Below, in pieces: positions 38,265 to 48,502 of a DNA stretch of 64,000 bases. Source of the stretch: an uncultured Planctomycetia bacterium (lineage in GTDB: Bacteria > Omnitrophota > Gorgyraeia > Tantalellales > Tantalellaceae); the NCBI GenBank assembly GCA_964527765.1, contig CAZGQR010000001.1, forward strand, positions 182,353 to 246,352, written 5' to 3'. The notes below the pieces were generated by a model, which saw nothing but the letters and a program-made list of their open reading frames with translations, did no database searches and had not been told where the DNA came from. Both the position numbers and the translations under genes were made by a program. Position 1 is the first letter of the stretch. Each line of letters opens with the position of its first letter.

Positions 38265-38324
38265 AAAAATACAGTGACTGGCTCGAGCCGGGGGCATGCC
38301 GCCGTGAACCTGTCCCGCCTTTCT
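38265..38324 (-). repeat. Intercistronic GAAAGGCGGGACAGG hairpin element (copy 1)
   Basis: Exact 15-mer at 38309-38323, immediately after the ppdK stop. Confidence 0.8.
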
Positions 38325-41093
38325 CTATCCTCTTGTAAGCGCCGCCTGTGCCGCGGCAAGCCTTGCTATCGGCACGCGAAACGGCGAACAGCTCACATAA
38401 TTCATTCCCGCGGCGTAGCAAAAAGCAATGGAATCCGGGTCGCCGCCGTGCTCCCCGCAGATCCCTACTTTCAGTTCCGGCCGGGTCTTCCTTCCCCGAT
38501 CTATGCCGACCTTTATAAGCTGACCTACTCCTTCCTGGTCAAGCGACTGGAACGGGTCCTGCGGAAGGATATGCTTGTTCAGGTACGGCGAAAGGAACGA
38601 TCCCATGTCATCACGCGAGAAACCATAGCTCATCTGCGTCAGATCATTGGTGCCGAACGAGAAGAAATCCGCTACCCTGGCGATCTTATCCGCCGTAAGG
38701 GCGGCGCGGGGTATTTCTATCATGGTACCGACCATGAACGGAAGTTTTTTGATATGGTACTTTGCCGTTACTTCTTTCCGCACGCGGTCGATTATCTCGC
38801 TCTGGTCGCTTATTTCCTTATCGGTACCGACAACGGGTATCATGATCTCGGGATACACTTTTTTTCTTCTCTTTATCAATTCTGCCGTGGCTTCGAGTAT
38901 GGCCCTTACCTGCATTTCGGTGATCTCCGGATAAGTCACGCCCAAACGCACGCCCCGGTGTCCCATCATGGGATTGCTCTCCTTAAGAAGCGCGATACGT
39001 TTCTCGAGATTGGACATATCGACCTTCAGGCTTTTCGCCAGTTCCTTGAGCTGTTCTTTCTGATGCGGCACGAACTCGTGCAGCGGCGGGTCCAGGAGCC
39101 TCACCGTGACCGGCAGTCCCGCCATCGCCTCGAGTGTGCCCTTGATATCGGACTTCACGTACGGATACAGCTCCCTAAGAGCTCTTTCCCTTTCTTCGAC
39201 TGAATCGGAAAGTATCATCTTGCGAAGCTTGAAAAGCGGCTTCTCCGAACCCTCGCCGTAGAACATGTGTTCCGTCCTGAAAAGACCTATGCCTTCCGCG
39301 CCGAAATCGCGGGCTCTCCTGGCGTCTTCAGGCGTATCCGCATTGGTCCTGATCTTCATCTTCCTGGCCGAATCACAGATCTTCAGAAAACTGTTAAGTA
39401 CCTTGTTCTCTTTTGTCGCGTCCATCATCGGAAGAACGCCCCTGTATACAAGCCCCTTCGTGCCGTTAAGCGTGATCCTGTCGCCTTCTTTAAGAAGCGT
39501 ATCACCGGCGATCTTAACGGTCTTTTTGCTATAATCTATATCCAGGTCTCCGCAGCCGACTATGCAGCATTTGCCCCAGCCGCGGGCGACAAGCGCCGCG
39601 TGAGACGTCATGCCGCCGCGCGCGGTAAGTATCGCCTGCGCGGCTCTCATGCCTTCGACGTCTTCGGGATTTGTCTCCTCGCGGACCAATATGACCCTCC
39701 TGCCTTTTTTCGCCCATTCCACGGAAGCGTCCGAGTCGAAGACTATCATGCCGCTCGCCGCGCCGGGTCCTGCGGGAAGACCCTTGGTCAGGGGTTTGTT
39801 CTTTTTCTCGGCCGCGGGATCGATTATCGGATGAAGAAGCTCGTCAAGCTGGGACGGTCTTACCCTCATGATCGCCTCTTTCTTGCCGATAAGTCCCTCT
39901 CTGACCATATCGACAGCCATCTTCACGGCAGCCGGCCCGTTACGTTTGCCCGTGCGCGTCTGAAGCAGGAAGAGCCTGCCGTTCTCAATGGTGAACTCGA
40001 TATCCTGCATGTCGCGATAATGTCTTTCAAGTCTCTTCTGGATACTGTCAAGCTGTTTGTACGCCTTGGGCATAAAATCTTTAAGCATGACCTCGTGTTT
40101 ATTGTGCTCACTTTGCGAGTTTTTATTTATCGGAGCGGGAGTCCTTATGCCCGCAACGACATCCTCGCCCTGCGCGTTGATCAGATACTCGCCATAGAAC
40201 CTGTTATCACCGTTGCCGGGATTACGCGTAAAGGCGACACCGGTACCGGAATGATCGCCCATATTGCCGAACACCATGGTCTGGACGTTTACCGCTGTTC
40301 CCCATTCGTCGGGAATATTCTCGATACGACGGTACGATATCGCCCTCTTGCCGTTCCATGAAGAAAAGACGGCGCCGATACCGCCCCAGAGCTGCTTATC
40401 GGCATTGTCCGGGAATTCTTTGCCAAGAACCTGTTTTACCTTTTTCTTGTACTTTTCACAGAGATCTTTGAGGTCGCCGGCATCGAGTTCAGTGTCCAGC
40501 TTAACGCCCCTTTCGCGTTTCTTCGCCTCCAGCAATCTCTCAAGCTGCTGGCGCACGCCTTTACCTTCTTTTGTTTCTATCCCGGCGGCTTTTTCCATCA
40601 CAACGTCCGAATACATCGTTATAAGCCGCCTGTACGCATCGTATGCAAGCCTTTCATTGCCGGTCTGCCTGATAATACCGGGGATGGTCCTGGTTGTCAG
40701 GCCTATATTAAGCACCGTCTCCATCATTCCCGGCATGGACTGGCGCGCGCCGGATCGTACGGAGACAAGAAGCGGATTTTTCGGATCCCCGAAGTTCTTA
40801 TGCATGATCTTCTCGACCTTTTTCAGGGCCGAGGCGACCTCTCTCTCAAGCCCTGCCGGGTACTTGCCTTTGCTCTTGTAATAATACGTGCATACATCCG
40901 TGGTTATGGTAAACCCGGGGGGCACGGGGATCCTCAGTGCCGGATGCCCCGCCATCTCTGCAAGGTTGGCGCCCTTGCCGCCCAGCAAGTTCTTCATACT
41001 GCTGTCGCCGTCGGCTTTTCCTCCGCCGAAAAAATACACATTTTTCTTCGCCTTCCCCCTCGCTGTCTTCTTCCTGCTGCTTTTTTTGATCAT
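38325..41093 (-). CDS. ppdK: Pyruvate, phosphate dikinase
   Basis: LGGKGANLAEM, SVRSGA..SMPGMM, GGMTSHAA, GICGEHGG, SCSPFRVP. Confidence 0.98.
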   Translation of the reverse strand: MIKKSSRKKTARGKAKKNVYFFGGGKADGDSSMKNLLGGKGANLAEMAGHPALRIPVPPGFTITTDVCTYYYKSKGKYPAGLEREVASALKKVEKIMHKNFGDPKNPLLVSVRSGARQSMPGMMETVLNIGLTTRTIPGIIRQTGNERLAYDAYRRLITMYSDVVMEKAAGIETKEGKGVRQQLERLLEAKKRERGVKLDTELDAGDLKDLCEKYKKKVKQVLGKEFPDNADKQLWGGIGAVFSSWNGKRAISYRRIENIPDEWGTAVNVQTMVFGNMGDHSGTGVAFTRNPGNGDNRFYGEYLINAQGEDVVAGIRTPAPINKNSQSEHNKHEVMLKDFMPKAYKQLDSIQKRLERHYRDMQDIEFTIENGRLFLLQTRTGKRNGPAAVKMAVDMVREGLIGKKEAIMRVRPSQLDELLHPIIDPAAEKKNKPLTKGLPAGPGAASGMIVFDSDASVEWAKKGRRVILVREETNPEDVEGMRAAQAILTARGGMTSHAALVARGWGKCCIVGCGDLDIDYSKKTVKIAGDTLLKEGDRITLNGTKGLVYRGVLPMMDATKENKVLNSFLKICDSARKMKIRTNADTPEDARRARDFGAEGIGLFRTEHMFYGEGSEKPLFKLRKMILSDSVEERERALRELYPYVKSDIKGTLEAMAGLPVTVRLLDPPLHEFVPHQKEQLKELAKSLKVDMSNLEKRIALLKESNPMMGHRGVRLGVTYPEITEMQVRAILEATAELIKRRKKVYPEIMIPVVGTDKEISDQSEIIDRVRKEVTAKYHIKKLPFMVGTMIEIPRAALTADKIARVADFFSFGTNDLTQMSYGFSRDDMGSFLSPYLNKHILPQDPFQSLDQEGVGQLIKVGIDRGRKTRPELKVGICGEHGGDPDSIAFCYAAGMNYVSCSPFRVPIARLAAAQAALTRG

Positions 41094-41114
41094 CTCGTCC
41101 TCTTCCTCCTTTTT

Positions 41115-42434
41115 TTACAGTCCCAGTTTCTCCTCCATGAACTCCTTGAGCTTAGAAACCTCTACCCTGTCCTGTTCCATGGTATCCCTTTCTCTGACCG
41201 TGACTTTGCCGTCGCTCAGAGAATCCACGTCCACGGTGATACAATAAGGCGTTCCGATCTCATCCTGCCTGCGATAAAGCCTCCCGATGGCAGCCGTGTC
41301 GTCATAAACGGCCCGGTAATTTCCGCTGATATCTTTTCGTATCTTGTGCGCCATCTCCACTATCTCGGGCCTGTTCTTGAGAAGCGGAAGGACCGCCACC
41401 TTGATCGGAGCGATACGCCTGTCGAATGAAAGATAGACCCGTTTTCTTTCCCTTACGGTCTCGGACCTGTATGCGTCAACAAGAAACGCCAGGACCGTTC
41501 TGTCTATTCCTCCCGAGGGTTCTATGACATACGGGACATAACGTTCGGATGTGGTATCATCAAAATATTGAAGGTCCTTACCGCTGATCTTTGAGTGCTG
41601 TTTGAGGTCGAAATCCTTCCTGTTGGCAATGCCTTCCAGTTCCGACCACCCCATCGGGAAAAGATATTCTATATCATGGCATCTTTTAGCGTAATGTGCC
41701 AGTTCTTCCTTTTTGTGTTCGCGCAGTCTCAGGTTTTCCCTTTTTATGCCCAGCGAGACATACCAGTTCATGCGCTCGTCCAGCCAGTACTCATACCACT
41801 TTTCATCTTCGCCGGGCTTGACAAAATACTCAAGTTCCATCTGCTCGAACTCCCGGCTCCTGAAGGTAAAATTGCCGGTGGTTATCTCGTTGCGGAAGGC
41901 TTTACCTATCTGGGCAACGCCGAACGGAAGCTTGCGCCGGCTGGAATTGATTATGTTTTCAAAGTTCACGAATATTCCCTGGGCCGTTTCCGGCCGCAGA
42001 TAGACGTCCTGAGCCTGCCCTTCCACGGATCCCACCTGCGTCTTGAACATGAGGTTGAAACTTTTCGGTTCGGTAAGCGCTCCACCGCATTCCGGGCATT
42101 TATTTTCCTTAAGCTGGTCGATCCGGAATCTTTTTTTACATTCCCTGCAGTCGACCAGCATGTCCGCAAAAGACGTGACATGTCCCGATGCCTTCCATGT
42201 CTCGGGATTCATGAGTATGGCGGCATCCAGCCCCTCGACGTCGTTGCGGTCATATACCATGGACTTCCACCACCGGTCTTTCACGTTCTTCTTGAGTTCA
42301 GCGCCGAGCGGACCGTAATCCCACACGCTGCCTATGCCGCCGTATATCTCGCTGTCCTGGAATACGAACCCGCGTCTCTTGCAAAGATTCGCTATCTCTT
42401 TCAGTGTCACACCGGTATTCCTGTCCTCAGCCAT
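41115..42434 (-). CDS. glyQS: Glycine--tRNA ligase (alpha2 type)
   Basis: YLRPETAQG, FRNEIT, REFEQME, IEPSGG, YRRQDEIGTP. Confidence 0.96.
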   Translation of the reverse strand: MAEDRNTGVTLKEIANLCKRRGFVFQDSEIYGGIGSVWDYGPLGAELKKNVKDRWWKSMVYDRNDVEGLDAAILMNPETWKASGHVTSFADMLVDCRECKKRFRIDQLKENKCPECGGALTEPKSFNLMFKTQVGSVEGQAQDVYLRPETAQGIFVNFENIINSSRRKLPFGVAQIGKAFRNEITTGNFTFRSREFEQMELEYFVKPGEDEKWYEYWLDERMNWYVSLGIKRENLRLREHKKEELAHYAKRCHDIEYLFPMGWSELEGIANRKDFDLKQHSKISGKDLQYFDDTTSERYVPYVIEPSGGIDRTVLAFLVDAYRSETVRERKRVYLSFDRRIAPIKVAVLPLLKNRPEIVEMAHKIRKDISGNYRAVYDDTAAIGRLYRRQDEIGTPYCITVDVDSLSDGKVTVRERDTMEQDRVEVSKLKEFMEEKLGL

Positions 42435-42436
42435 GT

Positions 42437-43201
42437 TTATGCTATCCCTACTTTTTGAAGTTCTTCTAAAAATTTAAGCGACCTCACCGGCCTGTTTATG
42501 TAATACTGCAGAAATCTTTTCAGGGCCTCCTCCGTCTCCCTGCCGACTTCCTTGCTGACCTTGATCCGGGCGGTCTTGGCCATATCGCTCAGCTGTATCT
42601 TGTGCATGAATTTTACCGTCCCCGGCGACAGGCGCAGACACGCGTCGTCCTTTTTGCCGCAACCGGCGCACAGCATGCCGCCGCTCTTTACGCTGAAGCA
42701 GCCTTTCCCCTCGACAGCCGCGCCGCACCTGACACATTCATCCAGCCGTGGAGCGAGACCCAGTGTTTCCAAAAGTTTCAGTTCAAAGATCCTCGAAACA
42801 CGTTTTGCGCTGGCACCCGAACTCAGCATCCGGAGGCTTTCCAGCAGAACATGGTAAAGCCCCTTGTTCACATCGTAATCCCTGGTAACTATGTTTACTA
42901 ATTCTATAAAATAATTGGCGTATGTCAACCTTTCAATATCTTTTCTTACCGGAAGGAAAAAATCCAGCGCTTCGCATTGGGTGATCAGGTCCATAAGTTT
43001 CTTCTTTTTTCTGTAAAAGAGCAATTGACACCGCGTGAAGATCTCAAAATTCCCCCCGAACTGGGGATAGGGGTCCCTCACCCCCTTCATGACCCCTCTT
43101 ATCTTGCCGAATTCCTTCGTGAACACGACCAGAACATAACTGGTCTCCCTCAGGTAATACTTCCTGAGTATGATTCCTTCCGCACTCTGCGCCGCTGCCA
43201 T
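42437..43201 (-). CDS. recO: DNA repair protein RecO
   Basis: N-terminal OB fold, FELKLL..LG..P, CVRC/CAGC Zn finger. Confidence 0.92.
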   Translation of the reverse strand: MAAAQSAEGIILRKYYLRETSYVLVVFTKEFGKIRGVMKGVRDPYPQFGGNFEIFTRCQLLFYRKKKKLMDLITQCEALDFFLPVRKDIERLTYANYFIELVNIVTRDYDVNKGLYHVLLESLRMLSSGASAKRVSRIFELKLLETLGLAPRLDECVRCGAAVEGKGCFSVKSGGMLCAGCGKKDDACLRLSPGTVKFMHKIQLSDMAKTARIKVSKEVGRETEEALKRFLQYYINRPVRSLKFLEELQKVGIA

Positions 43202-43204
43202 GGC

Positions 43205-43864
43205 TTAACCTGTCCCGCCAGCTTCTTCTTCCGCTGCTATCTGGTACGACGGGGATACCGAACCTCCGGAAATGTGAAGTTTCATGCCGTCTTCCACGCT
43301 CATTTTCAAAAAACGAATATTTTCTTTCGGCACGACCAGAAAAATACCGCTTGTGGGGTTCGGCGTCGTCGGGATGAACACGTTGACGCCGCTTCCGCCT
43401 ATGAACTCCCTTATCTCGCCTTTCGTGGTGCCGGTCGTGAACCCTATGGAATACAAGCCCTTCCGCGGATATTCCACAAGAACGACCTGCTTGAATATCG
43501 TCTTGCCCTGCCCCAGGAACGCCGAGAATATCTGCTTCGCGGCGTTGTATATCCTCCCCATTACCGGGACCTTGAGCAAGAGGTTCTCCCCCAGGGAAAA
43601 CATCCGGTTGATGAACCATATTTTCGCCCCCCACCCGATGACAGCTATTGTGACTATAACGATAAAGAAGATCAGTGCCTTGGCTATGTAAATATGCTGG
43701 GTTTCCCATGATACCGGCGCAAAAAACCTGGCTATGGGATTCAATACTATATTGTTGAGCTGCACCACGAGAAACCTGATGAGCGCTGCCGTAACAGCCA
43801 CCGGCAATAACAACACGACACCGTTGACAAAATTCACGAAAAATCTGTTCCATAATTTTCTCAT
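43205..43864 (-). CDS. DUF502 membrane protein
   Basis: VLVEYPR, FIPTTPNPTSG, ISGG. Confidence 0.9.
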   Translation of the reverse strand: MRKLWNRFFVNFVNGVVLLLPVAVTAALIRFLVVQLNNIVLNPIARFFAPVSWETQHIYIAKALIFFIVIVTIAVIGWGAKIWFINRMFSLGENLLLKVPVMGRIYNAAKQIFSAFLGQGKTIFKQVVLVEYPRKGLYSIGFTTGTTKGEIREFIGGSGVNVFIPTTPNPTSGIFLVVPKENIRFLKMSVEDGMKLHISGGSVSPSYQIAAEEEAGGTG

Positions 43865-43885
43865 GATTCTTCCTCCAGCAAAACG

Positions 43886-44611
43886 TCACGACAACAATTG
43901 AAACACAAGCAAAGCTGTCAGCGCTCCAAGAACGCTGCCCGCGATGACCTGCCACAGCGTATGGATCTTGCCCGCCATGCGGCTTTTAGCGATAAGCACG
44001 GCCAGGAAAAATACCAGGAGGCTCACCAGGGCGTTTTCGGTAATAAGCGAAACTGCTGCCCAGATCGCGAATGCAACAGCGGCATGGCCGCTGGGCATAC
44101 CGCCTCTCAGAAGAGACCCTTCCCTCCGCGCCACCTTTATAAAGAGTACCAGTCCGATAGCTATCAGAAGCGCTATCAATGTCACGTGCCAGGGGGATTG
44201 TTTGATCTTAAGGAACGCTCCGTCAAAAGGCCATCCTATGCGCTTGAACACCAGTATGTACCCCACAATGGCCGCGTTGACCGCCGCGACAAAGACCGCG
44301 CCTGCCGCGATGTCCTTGATGATCTTGAACAGCGGATGATACTGATCGCTGACAAAATCTATTGCGTGCTCGACGGCCGTATTGAACATCTCAGCGACAA
44401 GAACGAATGTAACTGCAAAACATAGCAACAGGAATTCCACCGCGCTCAAATTGAAATATACGCCCGCGATAAGGACCAGGAATCCCATCAGGAAATGCAA
44501 CCGCATGTTCCTCTCTGACTTGAGCGTGTGGACGATCCCTTCAAGAGCGGCGTTCACGCTGTAGATAAATCCCTTGCTATAGGAACTTCCTGATTTTTTG
44601 TAAGAGTTCAT
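43886..44611 (-). CDS. dgkA: Diacylglycerol/undecaprenol kinase fused to a PAP2 phosphatase
   Basis: ERNMRLH, EMFNTAVE, KDIAAGAV; MPSGH, SR...H. Confidence 0.88.
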   Translation of the reverse strand: MNSYKKSGSSYSKGFIYSVNAALEGIVHTLKSERNMRLHFLMGFLVLIAGVYFNLSAVEFLLLCFAVTFVLVAEMFNTAVEHAIDFVSDQYHPLFKIIKDIAAGAVFVAAVNAAIVGYILVFKRIGWPFDGAFLKIKQSPWHVTLIALLIAIGLVLFIKVARREGSLLRGGMPSGHAAVAFAIWAAVSLITENALVSLLVFFLAVLIAKSRMAGKIHTLWQVIAGSVLGALTALLVFQLLS

Positions 44612-45002
44612 TCTCTTTTTCCCGCATTATTTTCCGGCTTTTCCCCGTGGTGTCCTTGTACCCTGCAAGATGCAGTATACCGTGTATCAGGCAAAGAGCT
44701 ATTTCCTCGCCAAACGTCACACCGTAGATCCCGGCATTCTGCGCCGCCCTATCAGAGGATATGGCTATATCCCCCAGGAACTTGTCCTCTCCGGACGCAA
44801 ACGCTATCACATCCGTTGCCGCATCCACGCCGAGATAGGCGCGGTTAAGCGCGCGGATCTTCTGGTTGCTGAAAAATACTATGTCCAGCTCGACACCGTC
44901 TTTTCCGAGCATCTTCAGGACTGTTTTCGCGACTTTTTCAGTTTTTGAAAGATCAATCCTTCTTTTTCTGTTTCGGTTTTCGCTGTTTATTTTTATTGTC
45001 AT
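44577..45002 (-). CDS. ybeY: rRNA maturation endoribonuclease YbeY
   Basis: TDVIAF, LGDI, IHGILHLAGY. Confidence 0.93.
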   Translation of the reverse strand: MTIKINSENRNRKRRIDLSKTEKVAKTVLKMLGKDGVELDIVFFSNQKIRALNRAYLGVDAATDVIAFASGEDKFLGDIAISSDRAAQNAGIYGVTFGEEIALCLIHGILHLAGYKDTTGKSRKIMREKENELLQKIRKFL

Positions 45003-47214
45003 TCGGCAACGTTTCGCTCTTGGACGGTTTCCTCGATTCCTCCGGGTAGTCCAGCCGGGTATGGAAGATCCCCATGAGCACCCTTATAAAACTCTCAGCG
45101 ATCTTATGCATGTCTTTCAGCGTAAGGTCGCATGCATCGAGCTGGGCGTCGATAAACTTATTGTTAATGATCTTCCTTACCAGGTTCTTGATGCTGGACG
45201 GCGTCGGGTCGTCAAGGGTGCGGCTCGCAGCTTCTACCGCATCGGCCAGAAGGATGATCGCGCTCTCCTTGGTCTGGGGCTTCGGACCCGGGTAACGAAA
45301 ATTCTCCTCCCGCAGCACCGTCCCTTCTTCGGACTTTTCGATCGCTTTCTGATAGAAATAAGATATGAGACTGTCCCCGTGATGCTGGTTGATGAAATCG
45401 ATTATCTTGCTGTTCAGCTTATATTTTTTTGCCAGCTCCGCGCCTTCCTTCACGTGTTTGCTTATTATGAGAGCGCTCATCGAAGGCGCCAGTTTTGAAT
45501 GCCTGGATCCGGCGCCCATCTCGTTCTCGCTGAAATATTCGGCCTTGCCCATCTTGCCTATATCGTGGTAATACGCCCCGACCCTTGCAAGCAGGCTGTT
45601 CGCGCCTATCGCGTCACAGGCCGCCTCCGCCAGGTTACCTACCATGATGCTGTGATAATATGTCCCCGGGGCTTCCAGGGCCAGTTTCTTCAAAAGCGGA
45701 TGATTAAGGTCCGAAAGTTCCAGAAGGCTGATGTCCGTGGGGACCTTGAAAAGGTGCTCAAAAAGGGGCAGAAGCCCCATCACGATAAAACCGGAAAAGA
45801 GTCCGCTGGCTATCCCCCAAACGCCGTCCTTGATGTAAAAATCCATATCCATGCTGTTGATGAGCCCCACACAGGCGATCGCCAGGAATTTGGCCAGACC
45901 GACCAGGAGGCCTGCCCATAATATCTTCGCGCGGCGTCTTACGTCTTTCACGGCGAACATCCCGACCACGCTTCCCACCATCAGCACCAGCGCGACCTCT
46001 ATGCCGCCTCCCACGAGCAGGGATATCAGGATGCTCATCAGCACAACGCTCAGGAACGCCACGTTAAAACTCACCAGAAGCGTGATTATCATGCCCATGC
46101 CCGCCATGGGAATAAAATAACTGGGCTGCGGGGAACGCATGACGAAATCCGCAAGAATGATCGTAAAAAGCATACTCAAGAGAACGATCGCCACGCTCTT
46201 CGTGTCCCGCAGGAAATGCGCTTTCTGGGTAAAAGACGTATGAATGACCGCGATGAGGCTCAGCAGGAGGAACAAAAGCAGTACCCCGAGAAAAAATGTC
46301 GGCGTCATGCCCGGCCGGAAGACCCGCCTGATCTGGGATATCTGTGCTATGTGGCGCGCATTGACCCTTTTACCTTTTTCTACGATGAGTTCATTTTTCT
46401 CGACTGTCCAGCTGTGGTACACCGGTTTGACCTTCTTGGTCGTCTCTTCTTTTTTCGTTTCCGTCCTTTTTTCATCCGGTTTCAGGTTAGGCAGGATATA
46501 TCCGGAGATAAGCGCAACTGCCGCCTGTTTTATGTTACGGTCGCCCGCCAACTGCTTCGCAACATAATCCCCTATTGCGCCGTTGAGTTCCTGTTTTTCC
46601 AGGAGACCTTTCGGGAGCCGTTCTATCTCGGTGCCTGTTCTTTCGTTAAAAATAGCTACCCTGCGCGCGCCGCTTTTCTTTAAATAGTCCAGGTCTTCCT
46701 TGCTGATATAACCTATCAGAAAAACATTCTCAAGTATATTCAACACTTTTTCCTTCAGGCGCTTCGGGTTCGGATATTCCAGAAGAGATTTGATGTTCCT
46801 GTCCGAAAGCCTTTCGCCTGTTCTGGCTTTCATGTTAACGACTTTATCGTCTATCGGAATATCCTGTTCCTTTTCTGCATCAAGAGCTGTAAAGAAGTTC
46901 CCGATCTCGGATCTCACTTTTTCCTCGACGGCAAGATCGCGCCGTAATACCGGCATCACGGATGCCGCGGCGGCTTCCTTTGCTTTCTGGGTACCTTCCT
47001 CGTCGACCCCCCAGAAATAGGTAAAATCATAAGGAGCGTATACGTCCTTGAGCGCTATATCGCCCTCGTGTATGCTTCCCCGGTACCAGCGCGGGCTGAG
47101 AAATATGCTGAAAAAGGCCGCTGCAAGGAATACCACGATCAGCAGGATGGAAATCGTTTCCCTGCTGAGCAGCTTATCCGATATTCTCTTAAATAACTGC
47201 GCTCTGTTCATCAT
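44953..47214 (-). CDS. 7TM-HD (HDIG) phosphohydrolase, PgpH-like
   Basis: Extracellular domain, 7 TM helices, APGTYYHS, YYHDIGK, HHG, FRYPGPKP. Confidence 0.92.
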   Translation of the reverse strand: MMNRAQLFKRISDKLLSRETISILLIVVFLAAAFFSIFLSPRWYRGSIHEGDIALKDVYAPYDFTYFWGVDEEGTQKAKEAAAASVMPVLRRDLAVEEKVRSEIGNFFTALDAEKEQDIPIDDKVVNMKARTGERLSDRNIKSLLEYPNPKRLKEKVLNILENVFLIGYISKEDLDYLKKSGARRVAIFNERTGTEIERLPKGLLEKQELNGAIGDYVAKQLAGDRNIKQAAVALISGYILPNLKPDEKRTETKKEETTKKVKPVYHSWTVEKNELIVEKGKRVNARHIAQISQIRRVFRPGMTPTFFLGVLLLFLLLSLIAVIHTSFTQKAHFLRDTKSVAIVLLSMLFTIILADFVMRSPQPSYFIPMAGMGMIITLLVSFNVAFLSVVLMSILISLLVGGGIEVALVLMVGSVVGMFAVKDVRRRAKILWAGLLVGLAKFLAIACVGLINSMDMDFYIKDGVWGIASGLFSGFIVMGLLPLFEHLFKVPTDISLLELSDLNHPLLKKLALEAPGTYYHSIMVGNLAEAACDAIGANSLLARVGAYYHDIGKMGKAEYFSENEMGAGSRHSKLAPSMSALIISKHVKEGAELAKKYKLNSKIIDFINQHHGDSLISYFYQKAIEKSEEGTVLREENFRYPGPKPQTKESAIILLADAVEAASRTLDDPTPSSIKNLVRKIINNKFIDAQLDACDLTLKDMHKIAESFIRVLMGIFHTRLDYPEESRKPSKSETLPNDNKNKQRKPKQKKKD

Positions 47215-48164
47215 TTGATCTCGGCTTCCTCTTTATAGACTTTTATTATTTTCTTGACGAGTTCATGCCTGACGACGTCCTGCCCCTTGAGAATGACGAA
47301 TTTTATGCCGTCGATCTTCGAGAGAAGGTCCTTGGCATGGATAAGTCCCGGCTTTTTATCTTTCGGGAGATCGCTCTGCGTGATATCGCCGGTTATGACC
47401 GTTTTGGAATCGAACCCCAGGCGCGTCAGGAACATCTTCATCTGCTCCTGGGTCGAATTCTGCGCCTCGTCCATTATTATGAACGAATCGTTAAGCGTTC
47501 TCCCTCTCATGAAAGCCAGGGGGGCCACTTCTATTATGCCCCTATCAAGATAATCCTTGATCATGTGCGGTTCCACCATATCATAAAGAGCATCGTACAG
47601 GGGGCGCAAGTACGGGTTGACCTTCTCATACATATCCCCGGGGAGATACCCCAGGCTCTCGCCCGCTTCGACAGCCGGCCTGGTAAGTATTATCCGCGAG
47701 ACGAGATTTTTTCTAAGCGCGTTGACCGCCATGGCCATTGCCAGATAGGTCTTCCCCGTCCCCGCGGGCCCGATACCGAAGACCACATCGTATTTTCGGA
47801 TGGCGTCGATATAATGTTTCTGCCCCTCGCTCCTCGGCGTGATATAAACCCGCTTGGAGCTCACTTCTATCTTGTCCAGAAAAATATCATCGAGGTGCAT
47901 GGAGATCCCGGTGTTCCTTATCGCGTAATCTATGTCCTCGGGCAATAAATGCCCTCCTTTTCTTATTACGATAAGAAATTCGTTTATGATCCTTTCAGAG
48001 TCCTTGAGAGACGATTCGTCGTCCGACCTTATTTTAAGATCGCCGTTACGGAACGCCGTAGCAACACCGAGTTCTTTCTCTATCTTTTTCAGGTTTTCGT
48101 CATGCTTCCCGAAAAGGATCCTTGCTTCGGAGTCGCTGTTTATCTTGATCGTGATCTCCGCCAT
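47211..48164 (-). CDS. phoH: PhoH family ATPase
   Basis: GPAGTGKT, RPAVEAGE, MRGRTLN, DEAQN. Confidence 0.95.
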   Translation of the reverse strand: MAEITIKINSDSEARILFGKHDENLKKIEKELGVATAFRNGDLKIRSDDESSLKDSERIINEFLIVIRKGGHLLPEDIDYAIRNTGISMHLDDIFLDKIEVSSKRVYITPRSEGQKHYIDAIRKYDVVFGIGPAGTGKTYLAMAMAVNALRKNLVSRIILTRPAVEAGESLGYLPGDMYEKVNPYLRPLYDALYDMVEPHMIKDYLDRGIIEVAPLAFMRGRTLNDSFIIMDEAQNSTQEQMKMFLTRLGFDSKTVITGDITQSDLPKDKKPGLIHAKDLLSKIDGIKFVILKGQDVVRHELVKKIIKVYKEEAEIK

Positions 48165-48500
48165 CTATTTTACCCATTCCTCCTTGCCTCTCGCTTTTTC
48201 TTTTGCAGCAGGTTTTGTTTCTTTTTTCGGCCGTTCTTCCGCTTCTGTTTCTTCTTCGGCTTTCCCGCCGATAAGCCCCGAAGGCAGTTCTATGTCCACG
48301 CCGATAAGCGTCCTTTTGGAGCTTCTTTTCTTTTCGGGCATATCTGCCGGTTTTCCCGAAATGTACCCCTGATTGCCCTCGAGTTCCTGATCGACCCTGT
48401 CTTTTTTAAAAGTGTATATATCTATCGCATCGGCCGCGGATCCGGCCACGAGCACCGTCACAAATCCCGCAACGATCAACATTCCTGATACCTTTCGCAT
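48165..48500 (-). CDS. Hypothetical secreted protein
   Basis: Signal peptide; RVDQEL.GNQGY; charged tail; GGAGGT RBS. Confidence 0.7.
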   Translation of the reverse strand: MRKVSGMLIVAGFVTVLVAGSAADAIDIYTFKKDRVDQELEGNQGYISGKPADMPEKKRSSKRTLIGVDIELPSGLIGGKAEEETEAEERPKKETKPAAKEKARGKEEWVK

Positions 48501-48502
48501 CT